Source: Octopus vulgaris (Eukaryota). From it: DNA of 64,000 bases. The stretch lies in NCBI GenBank assembly GCA_951406725.2, contig OX597838.1, forward strand, positions 19,468,001 to 19,532,000, in the 5' to 3' direction. The notes below the pieces were generated by a model, which did not search any database, was not told the DNA's origin, and was given only the letters and a program-made list of their open reading frames with translations. Below, piece after piece: positions 41,590-55,454 of this stretch. The translations under genes and the position numbers were made by a program. Position 1 is the first letter of the stretch. Every line of letters starts with the position of its first letter.

Positions 41590-41830
41590 CTTTTATTCTT
41601 TATTTGTTTCGGTCATTACACTGCGGCCAAGCTGGAGCAACGCTTCGAAGAATTTTTAGTCGAATGAATCAACCCTAGTACTTAATTTTTTTTTTGTTTT
41701 TATGCTTGGCATTTATTCTGTTGCTCTCTTTTGCCCAACCGCTAAATTACGAGGACATAAACACACCAACACCGGTTGTCAAGTGATGGTGGAGGGACAA
41801 ACACAAGCACATAGACACACGTACACACAC
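41590..41830 (-). mobile_element. SINE family B 3' half
   Basis: TGCGGCCAAGCTGGAGC...AACCGCTAAATTACG...CACCGGTTGTCAAG. Confidence 0.75.
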
Positions 41831-41872
41831 ACACACACACACACTCACGCAAACTCACACACTCACAAGCTG

Positions 41873-41931
41873 GTGATTAACACACGCTGAGGACGGGTAA
41901 CCACACAGAAACTCGAGTCCGTGTGTATCAC
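41873..41931 (+). ncRNA. Type I hammerhead ribozyme candidate
   Basis: Stem I GTGAT-(TA)-ACACACG / CGTGTGT-ATCAC; core CTGAGGA 41887-41893; stem II G(G)GT-AACC-AC(A)C flanked by C/A; GAAA; palindromic ACTCGAGT; GUC, predicted cut after 41919. Confidence 0.7.
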
Positions 41932-42139
41932 GTAAGGCGAGGGATGGGAGCGAGGACTTTTCCCCGCAAATACTAATCGGACACAGAACGTATGTCGTTA
42001 GCCAGCTGTACAGGTGTCAATTCATTACAGCCGTTTCAATAAATATTCTTTGAGTGTGCGGATTATACCGACATAGCAAGGTGCCTCGATTTAAGTACCT
42101 AATTCAGCTGAATCTTGATTATATATATATATGTATATA

Positions 42140-42304
42140 GGCGTAGGAGTGGTTGTGTGGTAAGAAGCTTGCTTACCAACCACATGGTTCCGGGTTCAGT
42201 CCCACTGCGTGGCACCTTGGGCAAGTGTCTTCTACTATAGCCTCGAGCCGACCAAAGCCTTGTGAGTGGATTTGGTAGATGGAAACTGAAAGAAGCCCGT
42301 CGTA

Positions 42305-42375
<71 letters not shown>

Positions 42376-42584
42376 TTGTGTGTCTGTGTTTGTCCCCCCA
42401 ACATCGCTTGACAACCGATGCTGGTGTGTTTACGTCCCCGTAACGTAGCGGTTCGGCAAAAAGAGACCGATAGAATAAGTACTAGGCTTACAAAGAATAA
42501 GTCCTGGGGTCGATTTACTCGACTAAAAAGGTGGTGCTCCGACATGGCCACAGTTAAATGACTGAAACAAGTAAAAAAGTAAAA

Positions 42585-42586
<2 letters not shown>
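42140..42586 (+). mobile_element. SINE family B, full-length reference copy
   Basis: GGCGTAGGAGTGGTTGTGTGGTAAG head, GGTTCAGTCCC B box, CCTTGGGCAAGTGTCTTCT core, internal (TA)n(TG)n, A-rich tail. Confidence 0.92.
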
Positions 42587-42624
<38 letters not shown>

Positions 42625-42627
<3 letters not shown>

Positions 42628-42827
42628 ATCTAAACACGAAAACACAAAGAGAAAACACAACAACGCGTGGACGTGGAACAAGTATAGTGTTATTGGACGG
42701 TCAGGAAAGGAAAGAAAGAAGGAGGATTTAACGATTCGAGCGGAGATCTTCGTCAGAAACATAGGAAAAGGAAAGATCCAAGGAAGGGAAGACGGCGGGA
42801 AAAACTCGCCAACGATACACACGCGGT

Positions 42828-42830
<3 letters not shown>
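42625..42830 (-). mobile_element. Penelope-like terminal-repeat fragment with minimal HHR (42727-42759)
   Basis: Reverse complement TTT-CTGACGA-A-GATC-TCC-GCTC-GAAT-CG-TT-AAA; canonical core, two apparent point mutations. Confidence 0.55.
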
Positions 42831-42862
<32 letters not shown>

Positions 42863-43467
42863 TAGGGTTGTGACTTTTTTCACATCCTAATAACCTTATA
42901 CTGTAATGCGATGAATAATTTTATAATAGTCAGGAAACTAACATTTATTTTGTTTTATTTGAAAAAAAAAAAACGTCACCACCAACTCAAGAAATCGATC
43001 ACCACATTTGATCAAAATCAAGGCTGTGCTCCAGCATGGCCGCAGTCAAATGACTGAAGCCAGTAACAGAGTAAAAGAGTAAATGATTTTGGATATCACA
43101 GTAAAAATTTTCCCCACTAACGCTGTATAAATACTTGTGCAGTTATATATATTTAAATATAGCAGGTGTGCGACACAATCTATGCGAGCAGATATGAATA
43201 TATCTATTAACATTGGCTACAGGCAATAATTAACGTTTCTTATTTCCAGAACTCGTGATTGGAGGAAAACGAGTCGTAGTATAACACATATCTACTGTTT
43301 AGAGAGGTTTTGGGCCACGATGGATCTAGTTGCAGAATTGAGATAGAATGGAGTTTTTATTTTCTGAAGACAGACATGTATGTGTGTTCATAGACACAAT
43401 ATCCATCCATCCAGCCATCAGTCCGTCCGTCCGTCCGTCCGTCCGTCCGTCCGTCCGTCCGTCCGCC

Positions 43468-43510
<43 letters not shown>

Positions 43511-43549
43511 GTATGTATGTATGTATGTATGTATGTATGTATGTATGTA

Positions 43550-43618
<69 letters not shown>

Positions 43619-43733
43619 GTATGTCTGTCTGTCTGTCTATCTATCTATCTCTCTATCTATCTATCTATCTATCTATCTATGTATCTGTCTGTCTGCCTGT
43701 CTGTCTGTCTGTCTGTCTGTCTCTCCCTCTCTC

Positions 43734-43770
<37 letters not shown>

Positions 43771-44747
43771 TCTATCCATCCATCCATCCATCCGTCTATC
43801 TATCTATCTGTCTGTCTGTCTACTTGGCTGTCTGCCTGTCTGTGTGTTTATCTATCTTTGTGCGTGTGTGCGCGCGCGCGCGCGAAGACCAGTGGCCTAG
43901 TGGTTAGGGTGTTGCACTCGCGATCGCAAGATGGTGGTTTCGATTTCGAGACCGGCGTTTATAAAAACAACGCATTGAATACATTTGACTTTGCAGCTAT
44001 TAAATATTTATATAAGCCTGGTCAGGATGTGTCATGAATCGAAGGCATACTGACAATATAATTATTTAAAATCTCATAAAACGGAACTAAATTGCACCCG
44101 GTCGTAACCCGTCAATAATTATATGTTATAGATATACTAACATCAAAACTACCATATCAGTAAAAAAAAAAAAATAATAAATAATAAAAAAAAGAAACTC
44201 ACACAAATTTGTATATACGAGAACAAACTACTTACAGCCAAAGTAATTACAACATTGTTTGTAAAGATAAAAGTAATAAACTTCACGTCTCCAACTGTTT
44301 TATTAGTTATACAAGTTCATTTTTCCGCTGGCTCATCATACATTCATTCACAACCTGGATCAATCGCAATGTACAACATCACACAACTTAAAACAAAAAC
44401 CAGAACGAAGAAGCATTACTAAATAACTCATCTCTGCTATACAGAATTCTGCAAAATAATTTTTGTAAAAATGAACGATAAATGGTGGAAGTAATACTAA
44501 CAGCACAGTACGATGCTAAAATGTACATACAGATAACACCTACTAAATCTCAAACAAAAAGTCATTCCCTGACATCTAGAGTAAAACGATAACGAAAAAA
44601 AAGTTAATGTACTGGAATCTCATATTATAAAAGAAAGTTGATCTCCGTCTATCTGTCCGTAACAACATCTATATAGAGTGAGGAAAGAAGGGGAGAAGAA
44701 AAAGTTGTTGAGAGAGAAATACAGTGTGGGTGCATGTGCGTGTGTAT

Positions 44748-44825
<78 letters not shown>

Positions 44826-45152
44826 ATGTGTATGGTAGATAAATAGGTAGTGTTGTCATCTTTGTGACTAATACGTTTTGATTAAAAACACGGGAATTTT
44901 AAGGGTAAGTCTGTCAACACAACGCAACACAGACTTCAAATAAAGACTCTTTGTGTGTGTATGTATATATATATATAATGCATATAGTTACTTCTTTTGG
45001 TGTTGTGTGTGTATGTATACGTGTGCGCGCGCGTGTGTGTGTTTCTGTATGTTTTTCAACATATAGACATGCAGTACAGACTTTACAAAAATTCATACAT
45101 TTTAAATAATTTATATATATGCATACATATATACACGTGTGTGTGTGTGTGT

Positions 45153-45217
<65 letters not shown>

Positions 45218-45223
<6 letters not shown>

Positions 45224-45677
45224 CTCTACTCTCTTCAAGCCGCCGCGAGCGATACATCATTTGTACGTTGTAGAAAATATACTGCCAGCATTGCCCAAAC
45301 GACCTGAACATTAGTTTCAAGGTTCATCCAAGGCTGGGACCACGGGCCATACGTCCCCTGCCCAATTCAGGATCACAGCATATAGGTACACTGAGACATA
45401 ATTTCTTTTCCTCAGCAGCTCCTGCCCTGTTTAACATTGTCCCGAAAGAGATCAAATAGAGAAAGGATCCCATCACCTTTAAACGGAGTCTGGACAAATT
45501 TCTTCAAGGAATACCGGATTGGCCACGCATACCTGGATACAACTCACACAACAAGAACTCACTATTTGAATGGACCATAAACAAAACTTGACTTTAACAG
45601 GATTTAGATAATCCTATCAGGTGGTGCTATTAAATTAGACATGGCCTGGACCAATCTTTGGTCGAAACATATCTAAG

Positions 45678-45679
<2 letters not shown>
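45218..45679 (+). mobile_element. CR1/L2-group LINE 3' end, 5'-truncated
   Basis: KLYSLQ/RRERYII, then APALFNIVPKEIK*RKDPITFKRSLDKFLQGIPDWPRIPGYNSHNKNSLFEW; 3' stem-loop TTAGACATG..GACCA-ATCTT-TGGTC..CATATCTAA; (TA)n on both sides. Confidence 0.8.
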
Positions 45680-45749
<70 letters not shown>

Positions 45750-45796
45750 CATACATACATACATACATACATACATACATACATACATAATATAGA

Positions 45797-45839
<43 letters not shown>

Positions 45840-45891
45840 ATATATATATACATGCATACATGTATGTATATATGCATGTATGTATATATGC

Positions 45892-45947
<56 letters not shown>

Positions 45948-45994
45948 GCATACATGTATGTATATATGCATGTATATATATATACATATATATA

Positions 45995-46057
45995 TGTATG
46001 CATGTATGTATGTATATAAATGTATATACATATACATATGTATGTATATATATATAC

Positions 46058-46120
<63 letters not shown>

Positions 46121-46170
46121 CATATGTATATGTATATACATTTATATACATACATACATACATGCTTACA
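45995..46170. repeat. Inverted repeat centred on (TA)n
   Basis: About 46000-46050 is the reverse complement of about 46113-46165; identical [12 protein letters not shown] peptide on both strands in the ORF track. Confidence 0.8.
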
Positions 46171-46669
46171 TATATATATATATATATATATGTATATTTG
46201 CATGTATTCATGTATGCATGTACGTATGAACATATACCTTCTCAGAGGTGAGAAAACTTAACTTCATCTCGTCCCATAATTTGTAATCTTAGATGTAAGA
46301 ACGTAATTAATAGAAACGCTCTTAGACAAAGACACCACCAATCAAAGCTAACACGCACATAGTTTGTTTGGAATCAATCAATCAGTGGTATAATTAAAAT
46401 GATAATTTACAAATTTTGCATAGAATCAATTCGGTTCTGTTATACGGACGCCTGGACAATAAGAGAAACACTCGAAGAAGACATAATTGTTGGACATGGC
46501 TCTTTTTCGTGAGTAGCACCTGGAGGTAGTTTTCCATAAATGGTAATTATTAAACAGTTAATTGCAAGAGAGCAGACATTTTCAGATGATCACATTTTAT
46601 ATTGCAAAGAAATTGTGCCACTTTAGCGTGTTGTCTACCTGGTCATTTACACTTTAGCGTGGAGTCGGT

Positions 46670-46872
46670 CCCTAACCCTAAATCTAACTCTAATATTAAA
46701 CCATTACCCTGACCCTAATCCTAAACCCTAACCCTAATCCTAACCTTATCCAGTAACCTAACCCTAACCTGAAACTCCAGCTGGAACTTTAACCCTAACC
46801 CTTATCCTAAAGCTTAACCCTAATACTAACCCTAAACCCCAAACCTAATCCTAACCACTAATCCTAGACCCT
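46670..46872 (-). repeat. Degenerate telomere-like (CCCTAA)n interstitial tract
   Basis: CCCTAA/CCTAAT/CCTTAT variants over 200 bp. Confidence 0.8.
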
Positions 46873-46906
46873 ACAAGTCGACGTTGTATAATGGTGTAAA
46901 TATGAG

Positions 46907-47100
46907 GGCGCATGGCTCAGTGGTTAGAGCGTCTAGCTCGTAATCATGAGGTAATGAGTTCGATTCCCGGACCAGGCTGCGTTGTGTTCTTGAGCAAAAC
47001 ATATTATTTCACGTTGCTCCAGTTTACTCAGCTGTCGAAATTAGTTGCGACATCACAAGTGCCAAAGCTGTATTGGTCATACATCTTTCACCTGTGGGAT
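46907..47100 (+). mobile_element. SINE family C, 3'-truncated
   Basis: Matches 7953-8130. Confidence 0.8.
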
Positions 47101-47653
47101 ACTCCTTATGAAGGAGAAGAAAGGAAGGAAGAATTTAGAGAGAGAGAGAGAGAGGTGGAGAGAGAGAGAGCGGGAGAGAGAGAGAGCGGGAGAGAGAGAG
47201 AGCGGGAGAGAGAGAGAGAGAGATGTATGTTAGATTGCGTGAATGTACTTCGTCCCCATTGTGTTAGCGCATGTGTGTGCATGAATGTGTACATGTATGT
47301 TTATGTGCGTATGCCTGCGTGTCTGTGTATAAGTGAATGCGTGTGTGTGTGTTTTTGCATACATGTATGCGTATGCCTGTGAATGTATGCTTATTTTTGT
47401 GCATACGTATATGTGTGTACGTACGTGGGTATATGTTAGTGGTTCGTGTTGATGCAAAGCTATGCTACAGTGCTGAATCTACTTACTCTGACATAAAAAC
47501 CAGACAAAATAAATATTCAAACTTTAGGCTAATTCAACACGTAATACGACTTCCTAACCAGATTATATCAGGATATCGCAAGAACAGAATTATTTCAAAG
47601 AAAATTTTCTATCTTCGATTTGTGTACAGCATTCAATATAGCACACTCAGAAA

Positions 47654-48428
47654 GGGCGGCGAGCTGGCAGAGACGTTAGCGCGCCGGGTGAAATGCTTAG
47701 CGGTGTTTCGTCTGCCGTTACGTTCTGAGTTCAAATTCCGCCGAGGTCGACTTTGCCTTTCATCCTTTCGGGGTCGATTAATTAAGTACCAGTTACGCAC
47801 TGGAGTCGATGTAATCGACTTAATACCTATGTCTGTCCTTGTTTGTCCCCTCTGTGTTTAGCCCCTTGTGGGTAATAAAGAAATAGGTATTTCGTCTGCC
47901 GTTACGTTGTGAGTTCAAATTCCACCGAGGTCGACTTTGCCTTTCATCCTTTCGGGGTCGATAAATTAAGTACCAGCTATGCACTGAGGTCGATGTAATC
48001 GACTTAATACCTATGTCTATCTTTGTTTGTCCCCTCTATGTTTAGCCCCTTGTGGGTAATAAAGAAATAGATATTTCGTCTGCCGTTACGTTGTGAGTTC
48101 AAATTCCGCCGAGGTCGACTTTGCCCTTCATCCTTTCGGGGTCGATAAATTAAGTACCAGTTACGCACTGGGGTCGATATAATCGACTTAATCCGTCTGT
48201 CTGTCCTTGTTTGTCTCCTCTGTGTTTAGCCCCTTGTGGATAGTAAAGAAATAGAAATAGCTATTTCGTCTGTCGTTACGTTCTGAGTTCTATTTCCGCC
48301 GAGGTCGACTTTACCTTTCATCCTTTCGGGGTCGATAGATAAAGTACCAGTTTCGCACTGGGGTCGATGTAATCGACTTAATCCCTTTGTCTGTCCTATG
48401 TTTAGCTCCTCGTGGGCAATAAAGAAAT
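47654..48428 (+). mobile_element. SINE family A tetramer (one head plus four units of about 184 bp)
   Basis: 16-bp TSD ATATAGCACACTCAGA at 47636-47651 and 48429-48444 brackets the whole array. Confidence 0.92.
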
Positions 48429-48449
48429 ATATAGCACACTCAGATATTA

Positions 48450-49115
48450 CTTGCGGCGGCATCCCACCCGTGGTGGGTTGAGCCGGCTCCGACCAACGAG
48501 TTCACCAAGTCCCTCACGAACGCTCACCGCATCCGATGAGCTTTCAAATTTGACAAATGCCCTACTGGGAGAGCCAGTGCACCGGACAGCGCGGACGTCG
48601 AGCCGAAGTCGTCATTCGTTGTTGAGGAGTAGAGCTCATGTTCGAATTTTCAGTGAGAATACAAGTTCACATGTGGTCCCCGGACACACTTTGGGATAGT
48701 GAGATCCGTAGCAGCTCATCTTGCCGTCGATTATCACACATCGCAGAGGATTCGCTGATCAAGTCATCACCGATTTTTGGAGCAGATGTAGCTGGGTTTG
48801 AAGCAGATTCTAGAGACATGCTTTAGCAAAAGCTAAAGGATGCCTCACAACCAATGGCCTTCCAGTATGCCGGACACCAACCCAGAACTTCTGAAGGCCT
48901 GTGCTATCGCTAGATACACATTAACTTACACTAGGTTCATCCATCCTTTTGCCAGGTCTTTTTTTTTTTAGTCCTGCTGGGTTTCTAGTAACCCTCCTCA
49001 CCAGGCAAGCCTAGTGCTGGCGCCGGCTTAGTCACCGACAACCCGACCATGCAACAAATTGTATTGGATTCCATGTTACCTGTAGTACTCATGAGAGACC
49101 TCACAAGGGACCTGA
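48450..49115 (-). mobile_element. Probable RTE-like LINE 5' region
   Basis: Reverse complement GCATGGTCGGGTTGTCGGTGACTAAGCCGGCGCC...GCTTGCCTGGTGAGGAGGGTTACTAGAAACCC resembles RTE 5' UTRs (recalled); GC-rich relative to flanks. Confidence 0.45.
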
Positions 49116-49152
49116 CTCTATCATTCATATATCCACTTATATACATACATTT

Positions 49153-49568
49153 GGCGGCGAGCTGGCAGAAACGTTAGCGCGCCGGGCGAAACGCTTAGTG
49201 GTATTTCGTCTGCCGCTACGTTCTGAGTTCAAATTCCGCCGAGGTCGACTTTGCCTTCCATCCTTTCGAGGTCGATAAATTAAGTACCAGTTACGTACTG
49301 GGGTTGATGTAATCGACTTAATCCCTTTGTCTGTCCTTGTTTGTCCCCTCTATGTTCAGCCCCTTGTGGGTAATAAAGAAATAGGTATTTCGCCCATCGC
49401 TACATCACTACAGTTCAAATTCCGCCGCGGTCGACTTTGCCTTTCATCCTTTCGGGGTCGATAAATTAAGTACCAGTTACGCACTGGAGTCGATCTAATC
49501 GACTTAATCCGTTTGTCTGTCCTTGTTTGTCCCCTCTATGTTTAGCCTCTTGTGGGCAATAAAGAAAT
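49153..49568 (+). mobile_element. SINE family A dimer
   Basis: Head plus two units; TSD-like ATATACATACAT on both sides, expanded into (ACAT)n on the right. Confidence 0.9.
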
Positions 49569-51460
49569 ATACATACATACATACATACATACATACATAC
49601 ATACATACATACATACATACATACATACATAGTGGTTGTCAACTCATAGACTTGTGTGACCATCACTGAGAAATTAACTTATTCTAGATGTTAAAGACAA
49701 AAACTGCCAGTGATGCTCGTGCTAAAATTTAAAGCCAACAACGGCTTGCACAACATTACTAAGACTCTCACCTACAAAGGTAGGTTATCCAAAAATAAGC
49801 AAGAGAAAGTTCTCTGGCCTCACAATGAAGCGGATGCTATTTAGTGGCAGTGGCTTAAAGATTACAGTAAAAAAACATTAATAGTTTTAGACTATTTTAG
49901 ACATAGAGACTAACAGATTTATTCCTTACTAAAAACCAAATTATAAATTATTCCACGTAACCAAATACTTTAATCATCCTTCAAGCATTCGTTGGAATTC
50001 GGTCTCCAATATAAATAAGAGTATTTTCTTGTCATTGGATGAAGCTACCTTTAACACTGCCTCAGCTTATGACTAAAAAGAAATTGTGTTTTTTGAGATT
50101 AGGTTCATTATACTGTTAAGAATAGAAATAGACCTTGGAAAATTTTGTGGTTTAATCCAACTTTCAATTTTTGCGTAAAGATTAACTTAGCTCTAGAATT
50201 CCTTTTGACATTCACGAAAGACGTATGAAGCATAGAGTCTTCAGCATTGGATGTTTGCCAAACTTGTAAAATATTTCTCCTTCTTTTAACTAATTTAATA
50301 GTAAAAGTTTCTCTGGTATCAATAATAATTTTCAACTTCTCGCGTGTAATTGAAAAGATTTCAGTAATTGCCTCCTGATGGTAATTACTTAGCTAAACAG
50401 ATTGTATATAATACAAAAGAACAGACTGAAAACAGCACCATGCACAAAACGTATAATGGTTAACGGGAAACATTTAAAACGTAGTTCTATATAACAAGAA
50501 TTTCTTTTAAAGTATCCGGATAAAAGGCGTTTGTCCGAGTATTGGGTTTTGAAAGAATTTGGCTCAGCTTCCGTTACGTTACATTGTTCTATATTGGAAC
50601 TCAAGGATCCATACCAACACATCTCTTATCGTGCCTTAGTGAAATGTTCGTTGAATTTGAATGAGAAATCCTCTATTATTATTTTTTCTTTTGTTTTTTT
50701 TTCAGGAGGAATTTGCTTTGAAGCAGAAATATGAATTACTAACTTTTCACCGCTTAATGGATAAAGTGCTTTAGAACTGTTCTTTTCTCTTCTTTGTTTA
50801 ATTGAAACACCTTTGATCATAAACCTGCTTGTTCAGAGCAAACTTAATGTTTAAAAATAACAATATCAGCAACAATAATAATGAAGAATCAACGATGGAG
50901 CCTTTTACACGATCATTCCATCTCTTAGAAATACTACCCAAATCTCCCTCAAATCATATCTGATAGACTTTCAAGTAAAAGGATTGATACGTAGGCAAAG
51001 CGATCATTTAGCAGAATCGATAGAGCATCGGACAAAATTCTTGGTTTTATTCGTTCTAGCTCTTTAACTTCTGAGTTCAAATCATGCGAAGACTAGCTTT
51101 GCCCTTCATTTTTTCGGAGCACGGAAAAAAAAAGTAGTAGCACGGAGCGATGAACTGTGAGGGTACTGGACGAAATCTTCAACTGTATTTGCCTTAATTT
51201 TTTTATGTTTCCGATACGAAATTCACCGACGTCGAATTTACTTTCGTTCTTTCAACGTCACTAAAGTAAAGTACCAACAGAAGATAGTAGGATTGGTACA
51301 GAAATGATGCAGGCCATTCAGAACTTAGACCAGCCTAACAACATACATTTCTTTGTCCCAGTCCGACAGTTAGAGCTTCTTTCTTGAATTTATTCTTCAA
51401 TATCCTCCAGCCATCACCTTCACTACACCGGCTGGAAAAATGCAGTCGAAATATTATAGA

Positions 51461-51735
51461 CTAGCTGACCACGTGCCGTCAGTAATGATGGCTAATCGTA
51501 GTATTTTATATATAAATAAGGTACAAAATAAGATACATAATAATTACACATACAAACAGTCCCTTGTACACGCACACACATACACACATACACAGAGTTG
51601 AAACGCTGATTTTTTTTCACTCCTTCCTTCCTTTCTCCTCACACACTCTCAGTCAGAGCTATTTCTCTCACTACTTTTCCTTCACTGAATTATTATTTTC
51701 ACTCCTTCTCCGCGTCCGGCGTGATTCTGGACACA

Positions 51736-51823
<88 letters not shown>

Positions 51824-51864
51824 CAAATATATAAAAACATTACGCTCATTATTTTATTAGGAGA
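51461..51864 (-). mobile_element. Non-autonomous Helitron (second family)
   Basis: Reverse complement A|TCTCCTAATAAAATAATGAGCG ... GCCATCA-TTAC-TGACGGC hairpin ... GCTAG|T. Confidence 0.6.
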
Positions 51865-51929
51865 TAACTTACAAACAAGAAATCTAAAGTTTTATGATCA
51901 TGCATATCACAGAATAAAATTGTTATCGT

Positions 51930-52665
51930 TTCTTTTACTTTTTACTTCTTTCACTCATTAGACTGTGGCCATGCTGGGGCACCGCCTTGAAGAACTTTTA
52001 ATCGAATGAATCGACCTCCCAGTTCTTTTTTTAAGCCTGATATTTATTCTTTCGTTCTTTTTTGCTGAACTGCTAAATTACGGGGTCGTAAACACACCAA
52101 CACCGGTTGTCAAGCGGTAGTCGGTGACACCCCCCCCACACACACACACACGATGCGCTTCTTTCAGTTTTCGTCTACCAAATCCACTCACAAGGCTTTG
52201 GTCGGCCCGAGGCTATAGTAGAAGACACTTGCCCAAGGCGCCATGCAGTGAGACTGAACCAGGATCCATGTGATTGGGAAGCAAGCTTCTTATTTCTTTA
52301 TTGCCCACAAGGGGCCAAACATAGAGGGGACAAACAAGGACAGACAAACGGATTAAGTCGATTACATCGACCCCAGTACGTAACTGGTACTTTATTTATC
52401 GACTCCGAAAGGATGAAAGGCAAAGTCGACCTCGGCGGAATTTGAACTCTGAACGTAGCGGCAGACGAAATACCTGTTTCTTTACTACCCACAAGGGGCT
52501 AAACACAGAGGGGACAAACAAGGACAGACAAACGGATTAAGTCGATTACATCGACCCCAGTGCGTAACTGGTACGTTATTTATCGACCCCGAAAGGATAA
52601 AAGGCAAAGTTGACCTCGGCGGAATTTGAACTCAGAACGTAGCGGCATACACAGCCACTCCTATA
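51930..52665 (-). mobile_element. SINE family B with a nested family A dimer (52291-52646)
   Basis: B body 51930-52290, B head resumes at about 52650 (ACACAGCCACTCCT); two A units between. Confidence 0.85.
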
Positions 52666-52737
52666 TATTTTTATCCTTTGTAGAATTAAGGATAAGATCA
52701 CCGTATAGAATTCCTGTCAAGAATTTTCTTTCTTTTT

Positions 52738-52777
<40 letters not shown>

Positions 52778-53000
52778 TTGCATCGCACCATCCTGTCGGC
52801 CAAATACAGAAACACCGTTCTTCACAACTTGCCGATTGGATGGCATAAAACCATGAATACTTCTGAATACATTATGGCTGACAAAAATTCGATGGAATGG
52901 TCATGGATGGGATACCTTCGCTCACAGGTATGTCTAATCAGAGCCGACTTGGGGCTGCACAGCAAAAGCACCGGTGTAGGTTCTGTTACAGAATCACTAC

Positions 53001-53051
<51 letters not shown>

Positions 53052-53379
53052 GAGAGAGAGAGAAAACCAATCTTTGGTGATCGATCGATGATCAATGACT
53101 GACTCTTATGTATGTAACTGCAAATGTCATTGCAAAGTCATCAGTGCAGGTTTTCTGTATCGATTTATTGATTTATCAAAATACCACCACCGCCGCCACC
53201 ACCACCACCACCACCATCGCCGCCGCCACCACCATCACCACCGCCACAACCACCCTGCACCAAGAAACAAACATCACATAGCGTCATAAACACACCACCC
53301 ACCACCACCATCAACAACACCACCATAGTGAGTTGGGTGTTTTTTTGCCGCCACTGTACGTATGGGATTAATGAAATTG

Positions 53380-53835
<456 letters not shown>

Positions 53836-54066
53836 AAGGGATGGAAAAAGAAAAAGGAGAGTTTATCAAAGTGCTAATAGATGGAGACATACATTTCAGG
53901 TTTAATTTTTTGGTTGCTTTTTTCGTAAAATAGAAGAAAGCTCTATTCTTGAAAATTAATCGACTGCAAACAAGCATACACACATACCCGTACATGTGGG
54001 CGTGCACCCCCCACACACACGCATAATGTATACATGCATATGTGTGCGTTTACATATGTATATACA

Positions 54067-54104
<38 letters not shown>

Positions 54105-54247
54105 TATATACATATACATCTATATCAATCAACCTCTCTATTTATCTGTCTATTTATCTATCCACCCCCTCTCTCTATATATACACACATAAACCCACAC
54201 ATATAATGTATACATGCATATGTGTGAGTTTACATATATGTATACAT

Positions 54248-54280
<33 letters not shown>

Positions 54281-54282
<2 letters not shown>

Positions 54283-54759
54283 TTATAAAATGAGATAGGG
54301 GTTGAAAATTCAACCCACCATGGGATAATATATATCCAATACATTTATATCTTAATTAAATATTTTATAGAATGCATGGATGGTTCTTTTTTTGTTATTG
54401 AGGCTCAGTTATAATTTTGAAGGACTTAGTGTTAGCATGGTTGCTTCCCTATTTTTTTTATCTAAGTGTTAGCTGTTGCTTATGATTATGTATATGTACA
54501 AGTGTATGTATATACATATAACTATGTGTGTATGTGCGATTGATCTGTAGATGCGTGTGTGAATATTGGCGTTCCCTGACTAACCAACCGTATAATTTTC
54601 TTTTGTGATTTAAATTTCAAACCAATAGCCAATCGAATTAATCTAAATTTTCTTTACCTAGTGGTCAGCATTTCTTAACTCATAGTTATTTCGATCTTGG
54701 AAGGATGGACTTGGTGATAACTTAACTGTATCTATTTTATTATTTTTTATTATTATTAC

Positions 54760-54793
<34 letters not shown>

Positions 54794-55454
54794 AGTAATT
54801 TTTATTAACTTTTATAGCTTTAGAATTTTATGAACTGTACCACGGATTTAATTATTATTATTTTTCATCTCCATATGTGTTAGCCCTTTTTTTATATAAA
54901 AAAAACTATTAGCTAAATATGTATGATATCGGTACTTATTAATATTATATATACACTGTTATATATTTTGTTTTATTTTGTTCTGGCTACCTTCCTTTTT
55001 GTACAAATGTGTATTATATTATACAAGTGTAGCATTATGATGTATAAGTTTTTATATTTTACTTTTTTATATTTTTATATTTATATGTATATGATTATAT
55101 AATATTTTTCACTATTATAACAAATTTAATTTAATTCTCTGAAGAGGCCGTGGGGCATCTTTGTTAATGCCTCATTTATACCTGCCTTTATGGCTTATAG
55201 GTTAAATGAGGTATGACTGTCCTCACTGCCGAAACAGCTGTCAGTTTTGATTTATTTGCATATTGTATTTGTAATTTTTTACTTATATCTCTTTATCTTT
55301 TTACTTTTACTATTACTGTATATCTCATTTCATTTCATTTTATATATTGCCTTTACTCCTATGTAATGGTGTATTAAAGTATGGATTGAGTATCATCGGA
55401 TAGTTGATGTTTTATTGATTTAAATATGTTTCTCCATTCTCTAATTTTGTAGTT

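Noticed and set aside
45640-45678. Hammerhead suggested by GACCA-loop-TGGTC-GAAAC
   Set aside because: Lacks CUGANGA; better explained as the LINE 3' recognition stem-loop.
49900-50820. AT-rich unique region with short ORFs as a possible transposase or exon
   Set aside because: No motif recognisable in any frame by eye; BLASTX would be needed.
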